DNA of 64,000 nt, taken from NCBI GenBank assembly GCA_040261535.1, contig JBDQNU010000003.1:42334-106333 (forward strand), given 5' to 3'. Within the stretch, counting starts at the first letter, position 1; each line of letters begins with the position of its first letter. The translations under genes were made by a program, and so were the position numbers. Positions 53,109 through 62,400 of this stretch are shown here, piece by piece. Below the pieces are notes generated by a model, which saw only the letters and a list, made by a program, of their open reading frames with translations, searched no databases and was not told where the DNA came from. The stretch is from Poseidonia sp. GTDB taxonomy: Archaea > Thermoplasmatota > Poseidoniia > Poseidoniales > Poseidoniaceae.

Positions 53109-54157
53109 GCATCGCCTTCCTTGATGCGCCCGAGCAAACGGCGGGCGTCTTCAGTTCGCCCCAAGGCCTCGTAGAGTTCGATGGCCAAGGACACTTTTCC
53201 AAGGTCTTCGGCTTCCTGCGCACGGAGGAACATTTGCCGTCGCTCTTCCCAGTTACGGGCCATAGCCGCCTCCGCCACCGCCTTGTACCTCCCTTCACGC
53301 TCGGCATCCGAAAGATGGGGGGCCGTCCATCGCCGGACAAGGCCTTCTCGTGTAGCGGTCGCCATGGCATCGGGCGTGCACAACACGAGAAGGTCGCCGA
53401 GGTTCATGCGCTCGGTAAGCGGAGGCTCTTCGCCCTCGTCCTTTCGTGCGGTGGACAACGAAACGAGGTGTCCTTCAATGCCCAGAACCCACCAACCGTC
53501 GCCCGAGCGTACGGCTTCCATCGGTTCAAGAGAATCGCTTTCCAAGCGTTCCAAGTGGTCCCATCCAAAAGGATGAGGGACGCCCTCCCAGAGCCCACCG
53601 TCGGCGCTCTGCAAAAGCAAACGGCCGTCCTTGAGGGCTGAGCACCAACTCCATGCGCGGTCTTCGATGCGGCGCTTCCTGTCTTCGCCCGTCAATCGGC
53701 CGCACCACAGGCATCCTTGCGGGTCTTGCCAGAGCAGATGTTCTCGGTCAAGCCAACCCACCATACGACGAACAGGCCCGCTGTCAACCCGGCGGATGCC
53801 TCGGCCCTGTTGGGAGAAGAGGTGAATCTGTCCGTGGCGTCCTGCAAGCGCCCAACCGCCTCCGGGGCGAGCCGCGAGGTCACGGAAACCCCCTGGCGTG
53901 CTTCGCCCTTCGCTCACGAAGGCGCCGTTTGAACTGTTGATGATGTAAAATCCATGAGCCGCAAGCAAGGCAATGGAGCCCTGCACTGCTCGTGCGGCAT
54001 GGACTTTGAAGGGAACTTCGATCTGCCAACGGACACTTCCGTCCGCCTCCAAAAACACGAGATCCAAACCTGAACTTACCACAAGCCCGCCTTCGACCGA
54101 GGCCATGGTGGCGATACGGGAGGATGCCTGCCAAGACCATGCGACGTTCCACGACAT
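53105..54157 (-). CDS. Predicted beta-propeller protein with C-terminal TPR-like helices
   Basis: Trp/Gly-rich repeated beta segments; C-terminal AIELYEALG; overlaps both neighbours. Confidence 0.55.
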   Translation of the reverse strand: MSWNVAWSWQASSRIATMASVEGGLVVSSGLDLVFLEADGSVRWQIEVPFKVHAARAVQGSIALLAAHGFYIINSSNGAFVSEGRSTPGGFRDLAARPGGGWALAGRHGQIHLFSQQGRGIRRVDSGPVRRMVGWLDREHLLWQDPQGCLWCGRLTGEDRKRRIEDRAWSWCSALKDGRLLLQSADGGLWEGVPHPFGWDHLERLESDSLEPMEAVRSGDGWWVLGIEGHLVSLSTARKDEGEEPPLTERMNLGDLLVLCTPDAMATATREGLVRRWTAPHLSDAEREGRYKAVAEAAMARNWEERRQMFLRAQEAEDLGKVSLAIELYEALGRTEDARRLLGRIKEGDA

Positions 54158-56094
54158 CAGGCCTCACCTCCTTTGAGAGCGCCCCACGCAAGAAGTTGCG
54201 CCCGAGCAGCCTGAGTAAGCGAATACTTTCTCGCCCGTCCTGAAGGCCGTACTTGGAGAATACCGAACTTCAGGAGACGGTTGCTGATCTGGGAAAGTCG
54301 AGACCGTTTGATGTCCAGATGACCCAAAATTTCGGGGTCCGATGGTGAAAATGCACGGCTATTGGAGATGCCAACCACGTAGGTCTCGGCGATGGTGAGT
54401 GTGCCGAGGGCGACCTTGTCGAGTGCATAGGATTCCTTCGGCCCCGTACGCTCAACGCGACGCTTTGCAAAGAAGTCAACGAGGTGTTGAACCTCGCCAC
54501 TCGAAGTGTTCTCCCTTTCACCCATCAGCAACTGAAGCAATCTGGAGAGGGTTGTTTCGTCAAGGACAGGGTGGACTGGAACGGGGTTCGTGAGCGACGG
54601 ACCCACCGTTTCCTCATCGCTCGTTTCAAATCCTTCGACCTCGGACTCAAACAACGCAACGGGTTCGGGAGCGGGTAAACCGATCTCATCGTGGATCAAG
54701 GCGGCTGATTCGGCCTCAGGCACCTCTTCTTCCGGTTCATCGGCCAAACTTCTTTCCTCAACCCACCATTCCGCAGCCTCCGAATAATCTTCAAGTCGCG
54801 TTGGACGGCTCATGGCGTCTTTCTTGATGGCATCAACCGATGAAAGGGAGACTTTGTTTCGGTTCACAAGGTTGCCAAATCCGCCGCTCGCCACCGGTTG
54901 ACGGGCTGGTGGATAACTTGAGGCATCGATGATGTCGTTGGTGAACTTAGGCGGTTTCAGCGGGTCGTCTTTGGTGATGGAGCGGTCAAGATCGTCCATG
55001 TCCAATTCGAAAGACGAACGACCAAGCGTTGTATCGTTGTCTTCAGCGTTTTCTTCATCGCTCGTCTTCGTTTCGACCGATGTTGCATCATGCACGGCGT
55101 CTTGGCGCTCGTTCCAGGGCGTGGAGGCGTCGATGATATCACCCGGAGGGGTTTGGGATGCCGGTTGAAGTTCTGCACCAAGGTTGCTCGTGCCTTCGTC
55201 TTGCTTTGCAAGGAACGGTTGTTCATTCTGGCCCCCGCTTCTCAACGCATCAAGCGGTTGTGACTCATCCCGGGGTTGGAGACGTGCAGACGTGTCCCTG
55301 TACGGCGGTGCAACCCCTTCAGCGTGCTCAATGCGAATCCGGTCAACAGCATCGCGAAGGGTTGCGACCACCTCGGAGGGGTAACCGCTGCATTCCTCGA
55401 GGATGGTTTCGGCATCCTGCAGGGAAAAATTGCTGCTCATGACCCCGACATCACGCAACCGGTGCTCCACCAATTCCACGACATCGCTTGCGCCAAACGG
55501 CGAGAGGAGAAACCGTTCAAAACCGGTGACCACCGTTGCAGGAAGGTGATTTCGTTCTCGGACATCGCACACCAAAACAACGACGGCGTTGAGCCGTTCA
55601 AGGGAAGAATGCGCATCTCTGAGAGCCACATCAACGACCGAGAAATCGCTTGCTGGAACGTCGATGACCACGAGCGGAAGTTTGTCCGTATAGGCGTACA
55701 TTTCCGTGACAAGTTGGTTCACCAGTTCGGTGCGCTCCGGGAGCGTGTCGCCTCCAATCAGTTGCTGGTAGCACATTTCCAACATCGCTTGCGCAGGGGC
55801 CTGCGCGGGCAAGTGATCGATGGAAATGTAGGCTCCCGCATAGGGTTTGAGGCATCGAACCAACGAGGTTCGCCCTGAGCCCAACGGCCCTGTGAGCATG
55901 ATACGGCGGGCCGTGCCCAGTTTCAGATACGTCCTGAGGAGGTTGAACTCCTCGCTTCTGCCGATGAGCTTCCCAGCATCGCCTGACTCAAGCGGCCGGG
56001 TGGAGAACGGATTCATATCGAGAAGTGGCAAGCCAAAAAGACCAGATTTCTGGACCATGGCAAGCAACCGCACTTCACGTATTTGATGTTTCAT
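54157..56094 (-). CDS. AAA+ (degenerate Walker motifs) - acidic linker - winged-helix protein
   Basis: NPF...LIGR, GPLGSGRTS, LVVID, SGYP; C-terminal LDIKRSRLSQISNRLLKFGIL...GRARKYSLT. Confidence 0.72.
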   Translation of the reverse strand: MKHQIREVRLLAMVQKSGLFGLPLLDMNPFSTRPLESGDAGKLIGRSEEFNLLRTYLKLGTARRIMLTGPLGSGRTSLVRCLKPYAGAYISIDHLPAQAPAQAMLEMCYQQLIGGDTLPERTELVNQLVTEMYAYTDKLPLVVIDVPASDFSVVDVALRDAHSSLERLNAVVVLVCDVRERNHLPATVVTGFERFLLSPFGASDVVELVEHRLRDVGVMSSNFSLQDAETILEECSGYPSEVVATLRDAVDRIRIEHAEGVAPPYRDTSARLQPRDESQPLDALRSGGQNEQPFLAKQDEGTSNLGAELQPASQTPPGDIIDASTPWNERQDAVHDATSVETKTSDEENAEDNDTTLGRSSFELDMDDLDRSITKDDPLKPPKFTNDIIDASSYPPARQPVASGGFGNLVNRNKVSLSSVDAIKKDAMSRPTRLEDYSEAAEWWVEERSLADEPEEEVPEAESAALIHDEIGLPAPEPVALFESEVEGFETSDEETVGPSLTNPVPVHPVLDETTLSRLLQLLMGERENTSSGEVQHLVDFFAKRRVERTGPKESYALDKVALGTLTIAETYVVGISNSRAFSPSDPEILGHLDIKRSRLSQISNRLLKFGILQVRPSGRARKYSLTQAARAQLLAWGALKGGEA

Positions 56095-56113
56095 TCATCA
56101 GGGTGCACTCAGA

Positions 56114-56220
56114 GACCTGTTAGGACCTGTTAATCGTGGAGCGGTAACGCTTCATCCGACTGCATTAACGCCAAATTAACGCACGGCTAACGCGTTAATG
56201 AAAGCGTTAAACCCGTTAAC
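56114..56220. repeat. Phased direct and inverted repeat array (TAACGC/GCGTTA; GACCTGTTA x2)
   Basis: GACCTGTTA at 56114 and 56124; TAACGC at 56145, 56166, 56177, 56188; CGTTAA at 56193, 56205, 56214; central palindrome TAACGCGTTA at 56188-56197. Confidence 0.8.
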
Positions 56221-56238
56221 ACAAGCCCGCCAAAGCCC

Positions 56239-57588
56239 ATGCGATTCATTCAAAGAACGCCTTGTCTACCCTCGGAACAGGGGACAGTCGTGCCGGTGGA
56301 AAACAGTCGAATCAAGGGCTTGTACAACCAAAGCGTGGAGGAACGGCGAACCATCGTCGCTGAAGCCTGCAACCTGACGGCCGAACACGTCGCTGCTCTT
56401 GCAGCGCATGGCGAATTGGACGAGGCAGCGGCCGACCGGATGATCGAGAACGTGATCGGGACGATGTCGTTGCCCATTGGTGTAGCGACCAACTTTTTGA
56501 TCGACGGCAAGCCCTACCTCATTCCGTTTTGCGTGGAAGAATCCAGCATTGTCGCTGCAGCATCCAACATGGCCAAGCGATGCAGGGCTTTGGGCGGATT
56601 CACCACCAACAACGACGAGCCCGTGATGATCGGGCAGATTCAACTGCTCGAAGTTGCCGACCTCGACGGTGCCGTGGCGGCTTTGGAACGCGAGAAAGAA
56701 GCCCTTATGGCGTTCTGTAACGACATCCCCTCCCGCATGATCGCCCTTGGCGGGGGATGCAAGGACATCCAATCACGAAAACTGACAACGGCATTGGGAG
56801 ACATGCTCATCGTTCACCTGCTGGTGGACTGCCGAGACGCCATGGGCGCCAACGCCGTCAACACCATGGCCGAGCGCGTCGCCCCACGCATCGAGCGTCT
56901 CTGCGGTGGCCGTGCTCATCTCCGCATCCTTTCCAACCTCGCCGCCCACCGCCTTGCAAGAGTATCCGCTACCTTCACGCCCGAGGAATTGGCTTCGGAC
57001 GGCTCACGGAAAGACGGTTTAGCCGTCATACAAGGTATTCTCGAAGCCCACGCCTTCGCCGTGGAAGACCCGTTCCGAGCCACGACGCACAACAAAGGCA
57101 TCATGAACGCCATCAGCAGCGTTGCCCTTGCCTGCGGACAAGATTGGAGGGCGATTGAAGCAGGATGTCATGCTTGGCCCAGCGTGGAACACGGACGCTA
57201 CACCTCCATGTCGAATTGGTCCCAAGATGATGAAGGCAATCTCGTCGGGAGCATGGAATTGCCGTTGGCTGTCGGCGTCGTGGGGGGCGCTTCCAAGGTC
57301 CACCCTGCTGCACAGGCGAACCTGGCCATCTTAGGCGTAGAGGGGGCTCAGGAGTTGGCCGGCATTATGCTCTGTGCAGGGCTCGCTCAGAATTTGGGCG
57401 CTCTGCGTGCGCTATCAACCAAAGGCATTCAGGCAGGCCACATGAAACTCCACGCCAAGAACATGGCCGTGAGCGCTGGTGCCGTGGGCGAGGAGATCGA
57501 CCTCTTGGCGGCAAGGCTCCAAGCTCACGAGGGTCACCGAACCCAGAGTTTGGTTGAGGAATGGCTCAATGAATTACGCGAAGGATGA
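56239..57588 (+). CDS. mvaA: Class II HMG-CoA reductase
   Basis: MIENVIG, EESS, DAMGAN, RILSNL, THNKGIMN, GIQAGHMKLH; true start may be a GTG near 56290-56296. Confidence 0.93.
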   Translation: MRFIQRTPCLPSEQGTVVPVENSRIKGLYNQSVEERRTIVAEACNLTAEHVAALAAHGELDEAAADRMIENVIGTMSLPIGVATNFLIDGKPYLIPFCVEESSIVAAASNMAKRCRALGGFTTNNDEPVMIGQIQLLEVADLDGAVAALEREKEALMAFCNDIPSRMIALGGGCKDIQSRKLTTALGDMLIVHLLVDCRDAMGANAVNTMAERVAPRIERLCGGRAHLRILSNLAAHRLARVSATFTPEELASDGSRKDGLAVIQGILEAHAFAVEDPFRATTHNKGIMNAISSVALACGQDWRAIEAGCHAWPSVEHGRYTSMSNWSQDDEGNLVGSMELPLAVGVVGGASKVHPAAQANLAILGVEGAQELAGIMLCAGLAQNLGALRALSTKGIQAGHMKLHAKNMAVSAGAVGEEIDLLAARLQAHEGHRTQSLVEEWLNELREG

Positions 57589-57591
57589 AGT

Positions 57592-58200
57592 TCATTCTTC
57601 CTCACGTACAGGAAGCGACGTCTGAACGGTGCCTTCGGCCTCGCTTTCTTCACGCAAAACATCGTTCGCCCCAAGGTCGTCGAGCAAGCCCGAGGCTTGA
57701 ACTTGCTCTCTGAACCAAGCTTTGACTTTCTTCCGGTCGGTGTGAGGGCAGCCAAAAGCTTCCGAAAATCGCCGGGTCGTCGCCAGACGTCGCGTGTTGC
57801 CGTCCTTTCGCCGGTCGACCATGCCCAATTGGGCCAACTCGCGAACGTAATCGTAGGCCTTCTGACCCAACAATTCAACCAACCTTGACTGGGGCATCGG
57901 CTGGTGATAGGCGATGAGGGCGGCGGCTTTGAGCAACTTCGGAGGCATGTCGGTCTTCGTTGCTTTGGGCAGATGGGTCGCAATGGCGGGCTTCACTTCC
58001 AGCGCCCATCGGTTACCGACCTCGGCGAGTTGCAGAGCCCCTCCTTTTCGGCGGCGAAGCGTGGCTTGGAGACTCCCAAGAGCATCCAACATCTCGTCTT
58101 CGTCGTAGCCCAAGGCCTCGGACAACTCCGGGCCCGACATTGACTTCCCAGAACTGAACAACGTCGCTTCAATCAGCGTCTCAAGCGGCATTTCTGACAT
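57592..58200 (-). CDS. scpB: SMC-Scp complex subunit ScpB
   Basis: IEATLF, LIAYHQP, ELAQLG, TTRRF...FG. Confidence 0.92.
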   Translation of the reverse strand: MSEMPLETLIEATLFSSGKSMSGPELSEALGYDEDEMLDALGSLQATLRRRKGGALQLAEVGNRWALEVKPAIATHLPKATKTDMPPKLLKAAALIAYHQPMPQSRLVELLGQKAYDYVRELAQLGMVDRRKDGNTRRLATTRRFSEAFGCPHTDRKKVKAWFREQVQASGLLDDLGANDVLREESEAEGTVQTSLPVREEE

Positions 58201-58211
58201 TGCAAACCCTC

Positions 58212-59447
58212 CTACTCAACCAGCCACGCATGTTCATCAAAACCTTCAGACGATGACTCTTGAACAACGACTTCACTTAACGGCTCGCCATCATCCCCGG
58301 TCGATTCCTCGAGCAGGCTTTCTTCTTCAGCAGCCAATTTGGCCTGACGACGGGCTTCGCGCTCCTCTGCACGGCGTGCACGGGCCGCAATGGCCTCCAT
58401 TCGGTGGTCCGAACCCGTGGCCTGACCCTCCAAATCGTCCGAGTCGTTCGCCATCATCGCTTCAACCTCTTCGAGGATGTCCTCAAAGGCGTCAATCTTG
58501 GGCCAGAGGTCGGTGATCATGATGTTCGCCACCTCTTCGCCTTCTTGTGAAATGCTGGCGATGCGGCGGTGCGTGAGGAACAAGCCGGCGATGAACGAAG
58601 CAACGAAGGCCTCGCTTTGAGCGTTCTCGGCGTCGAGGCCGAAAACCCGGATCAACACGGGTTCCAGTTTGGAGATGACATCAACGAGCGGCACCGTTTC
58701 GCTGCCGTGCTCGTTGCAGGTTGCTCGCAGAGCGGACCAACAACGTTCAATGTCGCCCTCGAGGTCTTCGTTGTGCATTCGTCCGCCAACGTTTTCGAGG
58801 TACTCGCTGAGTTCCTTTTCGTGCTCCAGGCGATTGATTTCCCGTTGTTTGAGGCTCGCCGCATCGTCGGCGGCGTCCTTGAACGCCGAGAGCAGTTCAG
58901 CGAGCGTGACCGGTCGGCCCTCATCGCGGCGAACACGTTCATCAAACAGGCCTGGCAGCACATCATCGGCGGCACCGTCGAGAACGGATTGCGTGAAAAA
59001 GAAGGCTTCGTCGTCATACTCGCTTTCCCAACCGAACATGCCGTCGTCATCCCATACTTCCTCTTCCTCCACGGGCTGAATTCGCTCGAAGAGCATCGCA
59101 GATTGGTGATGCAACACCTCCCACGAGAGACGAATCAAACGGCCACAAGCGGGCAGGTCGAGGTTTTCTCCCTCACGAACGCGTTGCGAAAACACCGTGA
59201 GAAAGGCCGAGAGATCGACGTTCCACGGATTGAACGCTTCTTCCCGTACCAACGAGAGCACCAAGGCCACCGAACGGTCAAAGGGGTCGTGCAGGCTTTG
59301 GTGTTCAGCTTCTTCTGCGGCGGCGATTGCGGCAATCCGCTCACCAAACAACGCCGCCTCGGCTTCGTCCTCACCGTGAGCAAGCAGTTCATCGATGACC
59401 TCCTGTTGCAGGAACCATCGGTCCAAACCGGTCTGCTCTTCCACCAT
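58212..59447 (-). CDS. scpA: Kleisin ScpA
   Basis: LVREEAFNPWNVDL, RPVTLAEL, F..LFL...ISQ; located between smc and scpB. Confidence 0.85.
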   Translation of the reverse strand: MVEEQTGLDRWFLQQEVIDELLAHGEDEAEAALFGERIAAIAAAEEAEHQSLHDPFDRSVALVLSLVREEAFNPWNVDLSAFLTVFSQRVREGENLDLPACGRLIRLSWEVLHHQSAMLFERIQPVEEEEVWDDDGMFGWESEYDDEAFFFTQSVLDGAADDVLPGLFDERVRRDEGRPVTLAELLSAFKDAADDAASLKQREINRLEHEKELSEYLENVGGRMHNEDLEGDIERCWSALRATCNEHGSETVPLVDVISKLEPVLIRVFGLDAENAQSEAFVASFIAGLFLTHRRIASISQEGEEVANIMITDLWPKIDAFEDILEEVEAMMANDSDDLEGQATGSDHRMEAIAARARRAEEREARRQAKLAAEEESLLEESTGDDGEPLSEVVVQESSSEGFDEHAWLVE

Positions 59448-59456
59448 CCGCTCACC

Positions 59457-62400
59457 TCACTCGTCCGTGATTTCAACCGTTTCTTCAGCCTCGGCTTGGT
59501 CGCCCTCGCTCACTTCCATCAACTGCGAGGCGATTTCTGCCCGTTCGTTGATGTCCTCGGTGGTCTCTTGCGCCCGTTCAAGCAAGCCTTCGAGCCGTGG
59601 TTCGGAATCGGTATCTTCGTCTGAAGAGAGATGAGGGAGCAAACCCCCAAGGCTCTTCGGGACAGGCAGTTCATCGGGAACCTGCGGCATGTCTTCTGCA
59701 GCGGCCACGGCATCCATGATGCGACTCTCGTTCTTTTTCACATCACGTTCTGCTTCCTTGAGGGCCGCTTCGCCCAAAGCCATGGCTCGCTCCCGGTCAA
59801 AGTCGAGAATGCGTCGGCTGCACCCGTCGCCTCCGTGCGTGATGCCGATGTGATGGTCGGCCAGTTTGAGCGACACCTTTCGCAGCGTCACCATGATGAA
59901 TTGGGCACGTTGACTTCGTTGCTGACACATCTTCGCAATACGCTCCGCATTGTACGCGTCCAGATTTTGGTCAACCTCATCAAAGTAGTAGAACGGACTT
60001 GGGTCGTAATCTTGAATGGCGAAAATGAGGGCCAAGGCCGCCATCGATTGTTCGCCGCCAGAGAGTTGTTGCCGGCTGACCTTAGATGATTTACCGCGGG
60101 GTTGTGCCCACAATTCAAGGCCGCCTTTGAACGGTTCATCGGGGTTCTCGAGGAAGAGTTCCGCACGGCCACCGTCGGAGAGTTCATCGTAGGATTTCTG
60201 GAAGTTCTTGTTCACCTTCTCGAGCACCGTCAACAGACGCTCTTTCCGCTGACTTTCGAGTTGTTCGGTGATGTCGATGAGGTGTTTGCGGCGGGCTTGA
60301 AGCATGGCGAATTCATCCTTCATCAGGTCGAGGCGCGCCTGGCAGGCATCGTATTGCTCAATGGCCATCATGTTCACGTTTCCAAAGCCTTCCATGGTCC
60401 GTTGATAGCCACGCAATTTGCGTTCAAGTTCACCCACGTTCTCGAGGTGCTCTGGCAAGTCGGTAAGCGAAAGCCCAGCGTCGATCAACTCCTGGGCCAT
60501 GGCTTGGATTTCCGCTTCTTTTTCACCCATCACTCGCCCCAAATCGTGAGCGAGGCGCCGATGGTTTTCGGCCTTCGTCAGACGTTCTTCGTTTCGAACA
60601 CGGAGGGTTGCTCGCCTGTCCGTGAGTTCTTGGCGCTCTTGTTCAAGCCCTTGATTCTCTTCAAGGTACACCGCCTGTTCGTCTTTTTTGGCCTTCAATT
60701 CAATGCGATCCGACGCCAGGGTGGCCTCCAATTCGTCGATTCGCTCCAACCTCGCCTCTTTGTTGTCAAGCAGCGTCTGGGCTCGTTTTGTGATGTCGTC
60801 CACCCGGCGCTGAAGGACGGCTTGGTGGTTGGCGCCGCTGGACAAGGTTTCCTGGGCTTTCTCCTGCTCGCCTGTTGCGGCAACCCGCTTCAAATTGGCA
60901 CTGTGCAAGCGGTCACGAAGGTGCTCCGGGCTTGCCGCTTCGAGGGCGGCTTTGGCATCGTCTTTCGTTTCGATGGCGTGCTGGAACGTGCGCTCTGCCG
61001 CATCCAATGCCCGTAGCGCATCCTGCGCATCGCGACGAACATCATCGAGTTTTGATTCGAGTCCTTGAGCGACCTCTCGAGCTCGTTTTTGAGTTGAGAT
61101 GACCTGCTTCTTTTCGGCTTGAAGGTTGCGAACCCCGGTGGCGTGGGAATCGTCAACGAGCGAATTGATTTTGTTGCGCAGATCTTGTTGCCGACCACGC
61201 GCTTCTCGAAGGGCTTCGTTGACCGTTTGTTCCGTAAGGGTGTACTGCTCGACTTGCGCCGTGTATTTTTCAACCTCCGAAGCCCCTTGGATGCGACCGC
61301 CAAAGGAAATCGACATCTTCCGTTTTGAACCGCCAACCATGGCGCCTCCGGCTTCGACCACATCGCCACGGAGCGTGACCAATCGAATACCGCCCATGTG
61401 CCTGCGGGCCGCAGCCATGTTGTCAACGACCAAGGTGTTGCGGAGCGCAAACCGAACGGCGACCTCAATGCGTGGATCAAAATCCAACATTTCGTGTGCA
61501 AAACCCAACACGTCGTCTTTCCGAGCAGTGATGACGGCACGCCCTGCGGGCCGAGTGCTGCTGAGTTTGTTGAGGGGAAGGAAGGTGGCTCGCCCAGCTT
61601 TGTTCTCGGCAAGCCAACGGATGGCCTGGGCGGCGTTTTCATCGGTGTCGACGACGACCGAGGCCATGCCTGCACCGATGGCCGTCGCAAGCGCAACCTC
61701 GTGGGTGGAATCTTTTGGAGCACACAACTCTGCAATGGTCCCGATGATGCCGGTCAATTCTTGCCGGTCCCGTGCAGCGAGCACGGCGCTGGCGCCCCCT
61801 GCGAGGCCCTTTGCGCCGGATTTTTGTTCCATTTCCGCTTTGGCAAGACTCAACGCTCGCTCCGCTTCACGGAGCTTGACTTCGATGCGCCCTCGGTCTT
61901 CAGTGAGTTGAGCTTCGGTACGCTGAGCATCAAGCAGCGCCTTTGCAAGCGCCTCTCGGTCAAATTCAGGGGCGTCTTCTTCCATGCGCTCCAGTTTGAT
62001 GTCGAGTTCACCCAAAGCAAGTCGGATGTTCTCTTCTTCCTCTTGTGCAGATGCCAGTTGTTGGCTCAGCAAGTCCGCTTCGACAGCGAGCCGGTCAACG
62101 TCGCTCTGGGCTTGATTTCGATGCCCTTGGTGGCGCTCAAGTTGCGCTTCTGCTTCCGTGAGAGCGTTGCTCAAATCCTGGTTCTTTTGGCCAGCGGATT
62201 CGAGCGCGAGTCGGACTTCATCCTCCTCGGCTTGCGCCTCCTTCAAGGCCAGCAAGGCCTCCTCAAGGGCTTCGTTTGCAGCGGCAAGGTTGGCTTTGAA
62301 GGCCTCCAATTCAGCGTTTGCTTCGTTGAGTTCGTTATCGCAAACGATCGCTTCCTCAGCCTCTTCTTCCGCCTCCTTCGTGGCTTCTGCAATGCGGTCA

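Noticed and set aside
56114-56220. CRISPR array or MITE interpretation of the repeat array
   Set aside because: Repeats are only 6-9 bp with gaps of about 1-15 bp; there are no cas genes, target-site duplications or transposase.
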